A DNA stretch of 64,000 bases from Nitrospirales bacterium (lineage in GTDB: Bacteria; Nitrospirota; Nitrospiria; Nitrospirales; UBA8639), in assembly GCA_965223295.1 (NCBI GenBank), contig CBDCWC010000003.1, positions 608,001 to 672,000 of the forward strand. The letters are read 5' to 3'. Below, piece after piece: positions 48,743-58,778 of the stretch. Numbering within the stretch: the first letter of the stretch is position 1; each line of letters starts with the position of its first letter. The notes under the pieces were generated by a model, which did not search any database, was not told where the DNA came from, and worked only from the letters and a program-made list of their open reading frames with translations. Both the position numbers and the translations under genes were made by a program.

Positions 48743-51412
48743 ATGAAATCTCCTACTCTCAAAGATCAAGAACTTTCTCCTCTCATGCGCCAGTATCAGA
48801 CCGTCAAGGCGCAACATCCTGAAGCCATCTTGTTTTTTCGAGTTGGGGATTTTTATGAAATGTTCTTCGAAGACGCCGAAGAAGCCTCAGGAATCTTAGG
48901 TATCGTACTGACTGCTCGAGGAAAAGCCAAAGGAACCTCTATCCCGCTTTGTGGTGTGCCTCATCACACATCCACCGGATATATTGCCAAACTTCTCAAA
49001 GCAGGGAAAATCGTGGCACTGTGCGAGCAAGTTGAAGATCCCAAAATGGCAAAAGGACTCGTTCGACGTGAGGTTGTCCGTGTCTATACTCCAGGAACAT
49101 TATATGATGATGAACTCCTTCCAGCTCGGGAAGCCAACTATATCTCCTCTATTTTCTACCTCTCAGACAAATCTGTAGAACAACCTTTAAAAGAATCACA
49201 TGCCGGGTTAGCGACATTGGATGTTTCGACAGGAGAGTTTTGGATTTCCGAAACGCCGAGGGATAGTTCCCTTCAGGTTCTTGTTGATGAATTGATTCGT
49301 ATCGACCCGAAAGAAGTTATTTTTCCCAATTCACTCTATGATGAACTTTCGGAGCGTCTCCATACATTGGCGATTACTCGGCTCGTGCCTCGTGATCTTA
49401 CAGACTTTGAGTTGGAGCTCAGCAAGACAAGGCTCTCCACGACGTTTCAGGTCACAGAAATCCAGAGCCTTGAACTTTCCGGTCTAACCGTTGGGATACA
49501 AGCTTGCGGAGGGTTGTTACAGTATCTGACCGACACTCAACCAACCTTGGCCCATTCTCATCTGCGCCGCCCTTGGGTTCGTCTGCTTGAACAAGAAATG
49601 CAATTGGACCAGTCCACACTTCGAAACTTAGAAATTTTGAAACCCGTCTCTGAACAGCGACAGAGTCCTACCTTATTCAGCACATTGGATCAGACCCAAA
49701 CTCCAATGGGGGCTCGGTTACTGCGTCAATGGGTAATCCGTCCTCTGACCCAGCTCTCCATGATTCAGTACCGCCAAGATGCCGTCAAAGAATTTGTTGA
49801 ACACATCAGCCTGCGAATGTCGATTCGAGCCTATCTCAAATCTATAAAAGACTTAGAACGCTTGAATAGCCGGATTGCTCTGGCTGTCGCTAACCCCCGA
49901 GACCTCATGAGTCTCTATCATTCCTTAGAAAGCCTGCCGATCATCCACACATTCTTAGCCACATTTCAAGCTGATCTGCTTACGGCTATGTGTCGCTCAT
50001 GGGATTCTCTCCAAGATGTCTCTTCTTGGATTTCCGACTCGATTGTGGAAAACCCACCTCTCTCAGCCAAAGAGGGAGGAATCATTCGAGAAAAGGTGAA
50101 TGACGAACTTGACGAAATTCGCGTCCTATCCAAAGAAGGCACCCGGTTATTAGCCGAAATGGAAGCCAGAGAGCGGACCAGAACGGGGATTGACTCTCTC
50201 AAGGTCAAATTCAATCAGGTGTTTGGCTATTACATTGAGGTCACCAAAGCCAACACATCCCGCGTGCCTGCGGACTATGAACGGAAGCAGACTCTTGTCA
50301 ATGCGGAACGTTTTACCACAAAAGAACTGCGTGATCTTGAAGGTCAGCTTTCCACGGCTGATCAGAAAATGAAACATCTGGAGTTTGATTTATTTGTTGA
50401 CCTTCGCCATCGCATCGCTTCTGCAGCCGCTCGACTTCAAGCCATGGCCCATCATTTAGCCATACTCGATGTCTGCACGAGTCTCGCGGAAGCTGCAACA
50501 CTCAACCGCTACAGTCAACCAACAGTGTATGAAGGCGGCACGATTCAAATAACAGAAGGGCGGCATCCCGTCATTGAACATCTCCAAATTGGCGAGGGGT
50601 TTATTGCCAATGACGCGACTCTCGATCTAGACACCAACCGTCTTCTATTAATCACCGGCCCCAATATGGCAGGAAAAAGCACTTACCTCCGGCAAGTGGC
50701 ACTTATTGTCCTGATGGCACAAATGGGGAGTTTTGTACCAGCCGAGTCAGCAAGGATTGGTTTGGTCGATCGAATTTTTACCCGTGTTGGTGCTGCGGAT
50801 GATCTGAGTGCGGGGCAAAGCACCTTTATGATGGAAATGAGTGAAACGGCCAAGATTTTACAATCCGCCACTTCACGAAGCCTCTTATTGTTGGATGAGG
50901 TGGGAAGAGGGACCAGCACTTATGACGGGCTGAGCATCGCCTGGGCGTTAGTAGAATATATTCTTGATCGAGGCAACCTTGGAGCCAGAACCCTCTTTGC
51001 CACTCATTACCACGAAATGACTCAATTGGAATCTCAAAGAGAAGGGATCAAAAATTACACCGTACAGGTACAAGAAAAAGGACAGGATGTCTTATTTTTA
51101 AGAAAAATTATACTTGGGAAAGCCGATCGAAGTTATGGTATTCAAGTGGCTAAACTGGCTGGAATTCCAGGGCCTGTACTCCACCGTGCCAAGAACATTC
51201 TTGAGCAACTTGAACAAGACCAAGCTTCGCCAAATCTTTCAGATATTGAACCGGATGACAAGCACCCTTTGCAAACAGATCTTCTTTCTCCACACCCTCA
51301 TATAATTTTAGAAGAAGTCAAACAGATGGACTTATTTTCCATGACACCCCTTGAAGCCCTCAATCACCTGGCCGACTTTAAGGCTCGCCTCGAGAATGAT
51401 AGAAATGCATAA
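48743..51412 (+). CDS. mutS: DNA mismatch repair protein MutS
   Basis: GDFYEMF, TGPNMAGKSTY, GQSTFM, DEVGRGT, ATHYHE. Confidence 0.97.
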   Translation: MKSPTLKDQELSPLMRQYQTVKAQHPEAILFFRVGDFYEMFFEDAEEASGILGIVLTARGKAKGTSIPLCGVPHHTSTGYIAKLLKAGKIVALCEQVEDPKMAKGLVRREVVRVYTPGTLYDDELLPAREANYISSIFYLSDKSVEQPLKESHAGLATLDVSTGEFWISETPRDSSLQVLVDELIRIDPKEVIFPNSLYDELSERLHTLAITRLVPRDLTDFELELSKTRLSTTFQVTEIQSLELSGLTVGIQACGGLLQYLTDTQPTLAHSHLRRPWVRLLEQEMQLDQSTLRNLEILKPVSEQRQSPTLFSTLDQTQTPMGARLLRQWVIRPLTQLSMIQYRQDAVKEFVEHISLRMSIRAYLKSIKDLERLNSRIALAVANPRDLMSLYHSLESLPIIHTFLATFQADLLTAMCRSWDSLQDVSSWISDSIVENPPLSAKEGGIIREKVNDELDEIRVLSKEGTRLLAEMEARERTRTGIDSLKVKFNQVFGYYIEVTKANTSRVPADYERKQTLVNAERFTTKELRDLEGQLSTADQKMKHLEFDLFVDLRHRIASAAARLQAMAHHLAILDVCTSLAEAATLNRYSQPTVYEGGTIQITEGRHPVIEHLQIGEGFIANDATLDLDTNRLLLITGPNMAGKSTYLRQVALIVLMAQMGSFVPAESARIGLVDRIFTRVGAADDLSAGQSTFMMEMSETAKILQSATSRSLLLLDEVGRGTSTYDGLSIAWALVEYILDRGNLGARTLFATHYHEMTQLESQREGIKNYTVQVQEKGQDVLFLRKIILGKADRSYGIQVAKLAGIPGPVLHRAKNILEQLEQDQASPNLSDIEPDDKHPLQTDLLSPHPHIILEEVKQMDLFSMTPLEALNHLADFKARLENDRNA

Positions 51413-51417
51413 AAAGA

Positions 51418-51443
51418 AAGGCCTACGTATAAGCGTAGGCCTT
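51418..51443. terminator. Terminator hairpin between convergent genes
   Basis: AAGGCCTACG-TATAAG-CGTAGGCCTT perfect 10-bp stem; A-tract on the left gives a U-tail for the minus strand. Confidence 0.75.
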
Positions 51444-51477
51444 CCCTTGGAACTCAATGATCTAGATATCTAGAATA

Positions 51478-52107
51478 TTACTTTTCTGGATCCCAGACAC
51501 CCTCTCCTTGATCGGAATATGGAATGACACCGGCAACAGCTGGTCCGCCGGGAATCATCACATCATACGTCATCTTTCGATTTTGTGGCCAACTCCCTTC
51601 GGCAATTGCTTTAGCTACAGGAGTCGTTCTCAAGCTGTGAATGCTTCGAGGTTTATCTGGCGTTCCGGCAATCTCATCAACACTCTTCGCAGAAAGAATG
51701 ACTCTCTTATTCTGTTCTTTTTCTTGAACCACAATTTCTACTACCCCGTAGTTTGATGGCTTTGTCCCTGTCATGACAGCTTGGCTATGAGAATCTTTTC
51801 CTGCTGCTTTTAATACATCCATGACTTTGTCATCTGCAGGATAGAACTTGATACTTTTACCAGGAAAATACTTTTGCCAATAGTATCCGCTTTCGGCATT
51901 GCCGCCAAATACGGCGACATTGATCCACACCGCTTTATCATACGGATCAACCACTGCAACTCGGCCACGAAGCGTCGTCGGCTTGCTGAGATCGCCCCAC
52001 TCAAACCGTTCTTGGAATGCCTCGATTGCCATTGCACTGGAGGCCATTGTGCCTACGAGCGCCATGGCTCCAACAAGGGCCCATCCTTTCATCTTAGCAC
52101 CTTTCAT
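51478..52107 (-). CDS. Exported hypothetical protein (paralog A)
   Basis: Signal peptide ending AMA; GAGGAGGG RBS. Confidence 0.8.
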   Translation of the reverse strand: MKGAKMKGWALVGAMALVGTMASSAMAIEAFQERFEWGDLSKPTTLRGRVAVVDPYDKAVWINVAVFGGNAESGYYWQKYFPGKSIKFYPADDKVMDVLKAAGKDSHSQAVMTGTKPSNYGVVEIVVQEKEQNKRVILSAKSVDEIAGTPDKPRSIHSLRTTPVAKAIAEGSWPQNRKMTYDVMIPGGPAVAGVIPYSDQGEGVWDPEK

Positions 52108-52170
52108 AATGGCTTCCCTCCTCGACTTTTAAAGTTGTATGTCATTTTTATGAATGAGTAAAACTTTTCT

Positions 52171-52710
52171 TTAGTTGTCCAATACTTTAAAGCCTGTCAC
52201 GGTATGACCGCTCACTTGGACTTCCATGGCGACAAAGTCTTGAGCAGCTTTGGTGATCTGGTCCATGAGGGCTTTGTCTTTGACAGCTAGTCTGACAGTA
52301 GTTTGTGGAGTATACCATCCGGAGTACGGGTTGTTCTTTTCCGTACCACCTTGATACCCCCAACCACAACAGGAAACGAGAGGATCCGGCAATGTTTGAA
52401 TACGATCATCAGAGGCCCGGCCAGGAGGGTCACCGACTTCAGCGGGTTCAGAGGTATTCCAATACTGAATACCAAACATGATTTCGCCTTCAGGATTGTC
52501 TGCCCAATGTCCAAAGACTCTGCCTTTAAAACTTGTGGCAGGTACGCCTTTGTAGGAAATTTCACCTTGGCTGGTGGGCTGGTCTCCCTTGGCTTTTGGA
52601 TTTCCAGCAGCGGGGCCTTTTTGAGCGTAAACTGCTCCGGCCATGCCCATGCTCAGCAGTCCAAACGCACAGAGAGCTACCATCGCCCGTCGTAGAGATG
52701 ACTTGTTCAT
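52171..52710 (-). CDS. Exported hypothetical protein (paralog B)
   Basis: Signal peptide ending VYA; AAGGAGGGAG RBS before ATG 52710. Confidence 0.8.
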   Translation of the reverse strand: MNKSSLRRAMVALCAFGLLSMGMAGAVYAQKGPAAGNPKAKGDQPTSQGEISYKGVPATSFKGRVFGHWADNPEGEIMFGIQYWNTSEPAEVGDPPGRASDDRIQTLPDPLVSCCGWGYQGGTEKNNPYSGWYTPQTTVRLAVKDKALMDQITKAAQDFVAMEVQVSGHTVTGFKVLDN

Positions 52711-52911
52711 CTGCTCCCTCCTTACAGTGTTAGAATGACAAAAATGAAAAAACAACTTGTTGACTTTTCTATTTTCTCTCTACTTCTCAACTATTATTTT
52801 TAAAAAACTTGCTTATTAATTTCTCGTGATAACAACTCTTGGTCAGAGGAGGGACAATGCTACTGATCCAAGGCATCGTTGTCAAGCAATTTACGGCCTA
52901 CTTTTTTAGGC

Positions 52912-54174
52912 TTATTCACGTTTTGCGACAAATCTTCTAGGTATTTGACCTAGGGCGGTGACTACAAAGTCCCTTTGGCCTAATAATTGTTGGCTTATTT
53001 GACGGATTTGATCAGGAGAAATTCGATCAATGGCTTTGACAATCTCCTGTAGAGTTACATGCCGACCTTGATACAGCTCATCTTTCGCCAGTTTGTTCAT
53101 CCGCCCATAGGTGCCTTCTAAACCCAACATTAAATTACCTTTCAATTGGGTTTTGGTCCGCTCCAATTCTTTCATTGATACCAACCGCCGGCACAATTTC
53201 TTGGCTTCTTTGGTAACTTGGTCAATGACGGCTCCTAATTCCGAAGGCCGCGTGGCCGCATAGACAGTTAAGGTCCCGCCGTCTACGAAACTAGATAGAT
53301 GGGAATAAATTGTATAAGCCAATCCCCGTTTTTCCCGGACTTCCTGGAACAACCGAGAACTCACACCCCCTCCTAATATCGTGTTCAGAACATGAGCGGC
53401 ATATCGATCAGGGTGCCCGATTGGAAGCCCTTTAAACCCGACGCACAGATGCACTTGCTCCAAGGGTTTGTGATGAAAACTTTGACGCGTTGGTGGGTCA
53501 TGAGGCCAAGGATGCCCCCCATTTCTTTTTGAAGCCTTCAAAGCCCCCTGCCATTGGCCAAAATATTCGTTGGCTTGGTCTAGTAACTGAGGAAATGAAA
53601 AATTTCCTGCAACTGCTAGGATCGTATTTTCGGGTCGGTAATGTTTGCGTTTGTATTGCAAAAGGCTGCGGCGTTCCAGGTGGCGCATCGCTCGAGCTGT
53701 CCCCAAAATGGGACGCCCAACAGGGTGGTTGCCTAGAATATCTTTCGCATGTAACTCATGAATATAGTCCTCAGGGTCATCTTGAACCGTTCGGATTTCT
53801 TCAAGCACAATTTGTTTTTCTTTTTCAATATCTCTTACCCCAAAACGCGAATGATGGAACAGGTCGGCTAGGAGATCAAACGCCGCACCCATCTGCTGAT
53901 CCAACACTTTGACATAAAAGGCTGTGGCCTCATGTGTGGTAAAGGCATTCATTTCTCCGCCCAGCGCATCAATCTCATTAGAAATTTGTGAAGCCGTGCG
54001 ATGGCTCGTACCTTTGAACATCATGTGTTCAATAAAATGCGAGAGGCCTTCCTCTCCTTTTTCCTCATATCGGCTCCCCACATTCGCCCACACGCCCAAG
54101 GCGACGGATCTCAATGAGGACATCCGTTCGAGTACAACCCGAACTCCGTTATCTAGCACAACTTTTTTATACAC
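52912..54174 (-). CDS. M16 (pitrilysin-like) zinc peptidase
   Basis: GSRYE, HFIEHMMFKGT, NAFT, SRLFQEVREKRGLAY. Confidence 0.93.
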   Translation of the reverse strand: MYKKVVLDNGVRVVLERMSSLRSVALGVWANVGSRYEEKGEEGLSHFIEHMMFKGTSHRTASQISNEIDALGGEMNAFTTHEATAFYVKVLDQQMGAAFDLLADLFHHSRFGVRDIEKEKQIVLEEIRTVQDDPEDYIHELHAKDILGNHPVGRPILGTARAMRHLERRSLLQYKRKHYRPENTILAVAGNFSFPQLLDQANEYFGQWQGALKASKRNGGHPWPHDPPTRQSFHHKPLEQVHLCVGFKGLPIGHPDRYAAHVLNTILGGGVSSRLFQEVREKRGLAYTIYSHLSSFVDGGTLTVYAATRPSELGAVIDQVTKEAKKLCRRLVSMKELERTKTQLKGNLMLGLEGTYGRMNKLAKDELYQGRHVTLQEIVKAIDRISPDQIRQISQQLLGQRDFVVTALGQIPRRFVAKRE

Positions 54175-54190
54175 GATGCTATCAGGAAGG

Positions 54191-56296
54191 TTAGGCTGAG
54201 GCTTGCTCTCCCCCAGCTTGTTCGGCCATGGCTTCTTTTCGGCTTAGGCGAATTTTGCCCTGCCGGTCAATTTCCAGGACTTTGACCAAAATTTGTTCGC
54301 CTTCAGACACTTCATCTGAGACCGATTGCACACGATGGGGAGCTAATTGTGAGATATGGACAAGCCCGTCGGTATTTGGAAGGATTTCCACAAAGGCGCC
54401 AAAATCCATAATTTTTCTGACGGTCCCTAAATAAATTTTGCCAAGCTCGACTTCTTCAACCAACCCATTCACCATATCCATGGCTTTTTGGGCAGAAGCC
54501 TCATCCACAGCGGCAATCGTCACAATTCCAGAATCGTCCACATTCATTTTCACACCACATTCCGCAATAATGCCGCGAATCACTTTTCCTCCTGGACCAA
54601 TGATGTCCCGAATCTTATCCTGTTTAATTTGAATGGTACTGATTCTCGGAGCATAGGCTGCTAATTCGGTTCGGGGGGTGTGAAGGCATTCTTCCATTTT
54701 CTCTAAGATCGTCAGTCGGCCTTCTCGCGCTTGCCCCAACGCCTGCCGCATGAGGGCTGAAGTGACACCGCCAATCTTAATATCCATTTGCAAGGCAGTC
54801 ACGCCATCTTTGGTTCCAGCAACTTTAAAATCCATGTCGCCCAAATGATCTTCCATGCCCAAAATATCAGAGAGAATAGCGACTTGGTCATCCTCTTTAA
54901 TGAGTCCCATAGCAATCCCAGCGACAGGGGCCTTGATTGGAGCCGCCGCATCCATCAGCGCCAAGGTTCCACTACAAATTGTCGCCATAGAAGAGGAGCC
55001 ATTCGATTCCAATACCTCGGAAACAATGCGGATTGTATAAGGGAAAGCCTCCTTTTCAGGTAACACAGCGCTCAAGGCCCGTTCAGCCAATTTTCCATGC
55101 CCCACTTCTCGCCGACCAGGTCCACGCAACATTTTGGCTTCCCCCACGCTGAACGGAGGGAAATTATAATGGAGCATAAAGGAACGCGAGTATTCGCCCT
55201 CCAGGGCATCAATGCGTTGTTCATCATCCGATGTTCCTAAGGTCACCACCCCTAAACTCTGCGTTTCTCCACGCGTGAATAGGGCTGAACCATGCGTCCG
55301 CGGCAAAATCCCTACTTCACAATTTATGGAACGGATATCAGCTAACCCTCTCCCATCTGCACGAACTTTTTTCTCCAAAATCATCCGGCGGACTTCAGAG
55401 TACTCTAGTCCATGAAAAACTTTTTTCACCTGAGCCTTTCGCTCATCATCTTCACCAGCAACTGCTTCGATTGCTTCCTGGCGAATTTGATCAAACCGTT
55501 CCTGCCGTTCCGCTTTTCCAGGGATATACATCGCTTCACAAATTGCCGAAGCCGCCTGCGCTCGAACCGCTTTTTCCACTTCGGCATCCAAGGGTTCTAC
55601 TTCAAATGTCCGTTTGGATTTCCCAGCTTTTTCCTGTAATTCGCTGATCTTGCTGATGATTTTTTTGATTTCCGCATGGGCATATTCAATCGCATCGATC
55701 ATTGTGTCTTCTGACAGTCCACTAGCTCCCGCTTCCACCATCATCACCGCATCACTCGTGCCAGCTACAACTAAATTCAATTCGCTTGAATCTAAGGCTT
55801 TACGATCTGGGTTCACGACAAATTGGCCATTCACCCGGCCAACTCTGACCGAGGCCAACGGCCCTGCACAGGGGATATCAGAGACAGCCAGGGCAGCGGA
55901 AGCGGCAACGATCCCCACCACATCCGAAGACATGGTTTGATCGATGGAAAGCACGGTCACAATGATTTGGGTTTCATAGTAAAATCCATCCGGCATCAGC
56001 GGCCGAATCGGGCGGTCAATAAGACGGCTGGTCAACACCTCTTTTTCACTGGGCGCTCCTTCACGACGAAAAAACCCGCCTGGGATTTTCCCTGCGGCAT
56101 AGGTTTTTTCCTGGTAATTGACGGTCAGGGGGATAAAGTCAGCATCTGGCTTGAGCGTTTTTGAAGACACCGCTGTGGCTAACACGACCGTATCGGCATA
56201 GGTCGCCAACACTGACCCATCAGCTTGCTTGGCCATACGGCCAGTTTCTAAACGAAGCGGACGACCACCAACTTCCATTTCAACGACATGAATCAT
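54191..56296 (-). CDS. pnp: Polyribonucleotide nucleotidyltransferase
   Basis: SRLIDRPIRP, RREVGHG, ESNGSSSMA, DMDFKVAG; KH and S1 domains. Confidence 0.98.
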   Translation of the reverse strand: MIHVVEMEVGGRPLRLETGRMAKQADGSVLATYADTVVLATAVSSKTLKPDADFIPLTVNYQEKTYAAGKIPGGFFRREGAPSEKEVLTSRLIDRPIRPLMPDGFYYETQIIVTVLSIDQTMSSDVVGIVAASAALAVSDIPCAGPLASVRVGRVNGQFVVNPDRKALDSSELNLVVAGTSDAVMMVEAGASGLSEDTMIDAIEYAHAEIKKIISKISELQEKAGKSKRTFEVEPLDAEVEKAVRAQAASAICEAMYIPGKAERQERFDQIRQEAIEAVAGEDDERKAQVKKVFHGLEYSEVRRMILEKKVRADGRGLADIRSINCEVGILPRTHGSALFTRGETQSLGVVTLGTSDDEQRIDALEGEYSRSFMLHYNFPPFSVGEAKMLRGPGRREVGHGKLAERALSAVLPEKEAFPYTIRIVSEVLESNGSSSMATICSGTLALMDAAAPIKAPVAGIAMGLIKEDDQVAILSDILGMEDHLGDMDFKVAGTKDGVTALQMDIKIGGVTSALMRQALGQAREGRLTILEKMEECLHTPRTELAAYAPRISTIQIKQDKIRDIIGPGGKVIRGIIAECGVKMNVDDSGIVTIAAVDEASAQKAMDMVNGLVEEVELGKIYLGTVRKIMDFGAFVEILPNTDGLVHISQLAPHRVQSVSDEVSEGEQILVKVLEIDRQGKIRLSRKEAMAEQAGGEQASA

Positions 56297-56358
56297 GGTT
56301 TAACCTTTCTCAATCCTAAATGCTCTATTTTGATAGTATGTTGTGGTTTCCTACTTCA

Positions 56359-56571
56359 GGGTCTGTGGAAAAAGCCGCCAGCGGCGTTCTCACCATTGTT
56401 CCATGCTCACGTAGCACCCGTACGCTCCGCGCGCAAAAATAGCTGCGGCCTTCCCTTCGACAAGCTCAGGGCAGGACTGGACGGACGTTTTTGAACAGAC
56501 CCGAGGCCTCTACCATGTTGCATTGCAGAGACCAAATTTGGCCGTTGATCTCATCATTATTCAACAATCCC
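56359..56571 (+). mobile_element. MITE (core B + tail i) carrying a nested 23-bp insert
   Basis: GGGTCTGTGGAA...TTCAACAATCCC flanked by CTTCA (56354-56358 / 56572-56576); extra CCCTTCGACAAGCTCAGGGCAGG at 56453-56475. Confidence 0.88.
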
Positions 56572-56672
56572 CTTCACAAAAAATGTAGAGGCCTTCCTCT
56601 ATGACCATGTAAGTCAAGCATGGTTGTTTTAAATTACACCCATCTCATCTTATCGAATGCCACAGCCACGAA

Positions 56673-56942
56673 CTATTTTCGAATGCCTAATGCGGCTATC
56701 ACCGATTGATACTTCCTTTCATCCCTACGCCGCAAATAATCTAATAACTTACGTCTTTTGCTGACCATTTTCAGGAGGCCGCGTCGGGAATGATGATCCT
56801 TTTTATGCGTTTTAAAATGGTCTGTGAGACTTGTAATCCGCTTCGTTAATATCGAAATCTGAACTTCCGAAGAACCAGTATCTCGCTCATGAATGCGCTG
56901 CGATTCCACCGCAGCCGTTTTCTCTTCTTTGGTCAATGCCAT
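56673..56942 (-). CDS. rpsO: 30S ribosomal protein S15
   Basis: [30 protein letters not shown]. Confidence 0.98.
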   Translation of the reverse strand: MALTKEEKTAAVESQRIHERDTGSSEVQISILTKRITSLTDHFKTHKKDHHSRRGLLKMVSKRRKLLDYLRRRDERKYQSVIAALGIRK

Positions 56943-57037
56943 AATGCCTCCTTCAGAATTTTTTACTTGGCTGAGCCGACAGCCGTATTTCCATGACAAC
57001 TCATGAATGTGAATCTTTCCTTCTCGCCCTCATCCGT

Positions 57038-58030
57038 TTAACCCAGGACAGTATCCAGCACGAGCATTGGTCCGCTCTGCCCGGATTGCAGGGAAGGCCC
57101 TTTACCTAAAGCTAATAACACTCCATCTTGGCTTTTAACACGAACGCGCGAGCCTTCGGCCGAAGTTCTGTGCAGTAGGTTCTCTTTCGCCCATTCAACA
57201 CGAGTCCAAGGAATGGCGTTCCCATGAAGCACTTTACGAGCATCATGTGCATTCACTTCCACTGCGGGGAACTCTTTTAATACCCGGTCAAGGCTCCACC
57301 ATGCGCTATCTAGTTGCGAAAAGGCAACCTCGTCCCTCAGGCAATCCATGCCGACAGCCTGATTCACATGCAAAGGCCCCACTCTTGTGCGTTGTAACCT
57401 TTTCAAATGGCCGCCCACACCCAAGCGTTCTCCAATATCCTCACATAACGTTCGAACATATGTTCCTTTGGAACAGACAACACGAAAACTGACGTCAGGT
57501 AAGGCGATCCCTTGGATTTCTATATCATGGATCACAACGGTCTTCGCCCGGCGTTCAACGACCTGCCCCTTTCGCGCTTTTTTGTACAAGGACTGTCCAT
57601 CGATTTTCACCGCTGAATACATCGGGGGGACTTGTTGGATGGGGCCGTGAAAGTCCATGAATACGGCACGAATTTGCTCTTCGGAGACCGTCTCCCATGA
57701 CTTTTCTTCTAGAACCACACCCCACGCATCTTGCGTATCTGTCTTTTGCCCGAATTGCAGAACTGCAGAATACTCCTTGTCCCAATCAACCAGAAATTGG
57801 GCAATCTTCGTTCCCTTTCCAATCAACACGGGTAAGACTCCGGTTGCATGCGGATCTAAGGTCCCAGCATGGCCAACTTTCTGTATACCTAAAACCGTGC
57901 GCACCCGTTTGACAACATCATGCGAGGTCCACCCATCGGGTTTATCGACAACTAGTACTCCATGGAGGGAACTTGGCACCAGCCTATCTTCAATATCGGA
58001 ATGGTCAAGAGAGGGGGCCAGGAGTGTCAT
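57038..58030 (-). CDS. truB: tRNA pseudouridine(55) synthase
   Basis: KVGHAGTLDP, QVPPMYSA, CSKGTYVR. Confidence 0.97.
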   Translation of the reverse strand: MTLLAPSLDHSDIEDRLVPSSLHGVLVVDKPDGWTSHDVVKRVRTVLGIQKVGHAGTLDPHATGVLPVLIGKGTKIAQFLVDWDKEYSAVLQFGQKTDTQDAWGVVLEEKSWETVSEEQIRAVFMDFHGPIQQVPPMYSAVKIDGQSLYKKARKGQVVERRAKTVVIHDIEIQGIALPDVSFRVVCSKGTYVRTLCEDIGERLGVGGHLKRLQRTRVGPLHVNQAVGMDCLRDEVAFSQLDSAWWSLDRVLKEFPAVEVNAHDARKVLHGNAIPWTRVEWAKENLLHRTSAEGSRVRVKSQDGVLLALGKGPSLQSGQSGPMLVLDTVLG

Positions 58031-58042
58031 GAATACTGAACT

Positions 58043-58441
58043 CTATTGAGGTTGAGGCGTTTGGGAGGGTACATCTGATTCATCGTCAGTCTCATGGGGA
58101 ATAGAATCGAGAATCTTTTCCATTCGGTTCGCATATTCAGCACTGGTATCACGATAAAACACAATTTCAGGCGTATAGCGTAAATGCAAACGTCTTCCAA
58201 CTTCTTTTCGAATAAAACCCACGGCGCTTTTCAGACCTGGAGCCGTCTGCTGCTCAAAATGAGCAGTATCTAACGTCGTCACGTAAACCCGAGCAATCTT
58301 AAGATCCGCGGTCATCGTAACATCAGTCACCGTCACAAATTGGACCCGCGGATCCTTAATTTTTCGTGAAAGAATTTCAGCGACTTCCATCCGAATTTGA
58401 TCTGCCACCCGTGAAGCACGACTAATAGTTGATTTTGACAT
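58043..58441 (-). CDS. rbfA: Ribosome-binding factor A
   Basis: IKDPRV, DLKIARVY, LRYTPEIVF. Confidence 0.95.
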   Translation of the reverse strand: MSKSTISRASRVADQIRMEVAEILSRKIKDPRVQFVTVTDVTMTADLKIARVYVTTLDTAHFEQQTAPGLKSAVGFIRKEVGRRLHLRYTPEIVFYRDTSAEYANRMEKILDSIPHETDDESDVPSQTPQPQ

Positions 58442-58463
58442 GATAACAAGGGGGTTAGAAGCC

Positions 58464-58760
58464 TTATAACAATTCAATCTGTGACCGCAAGAGTTGGAGC
58501 GATGGATTCGCTTGGATTTCGTTCAACACCTGATCTAATGTCTGATTGACTCGCGTCGTCTCATTCGCCACCGACGCAATCCCTATAAACGCTTTTTGCC
58601 AGAGATGACTTTCGTCTATTTCAGCAATAGAAATATTGAATCGATTCTGAAGCCTCGTCTTTAAACTGACAAGAATTTTTCGTTTGCCTTTGAGCGATTG
58701 GGCATCAGGGAAATGAAGCTCCACGGTACAGACCCCTACAATCATTCCCATTTCAGACAC
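58464..58760 (-). CDS. DUF503 (YlxP) family protein
   Basis: SLKGKR...RFNISIAE...WQ; located between infB and rbfA. Confidence 0.9.
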   Translation of the reverse strand: MSEMGMIVGVCTVELHFPDAQSLKGKRKILVSLKTRLQNRFNISIAEIDESHLWQKAFIGIASVANETTRVNQTLDQVLNEIQANPSLQLLRSQIELL

Positions 58761-58778
58761 CTCGTGACGATCTCAATC

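Noticed and set aside
8165-56494. Short ORFs 8165-8353, 29918-30214, 29995-30195, 35750-35932, 45397-45667, 47898-48249 and 56288-56494 with mutually similar peptides
   Set aside because: They lie within MITE copies; the similarity comes from the DNA repeat, not a protein family.
56945-57030. S15 autoregulatory leader (GGCTG-TCGGCT-CAGCC hairpin)
   Set aside because: Plausible by position, but a 5-bp stem alone is too weak to call without covariance analysis.
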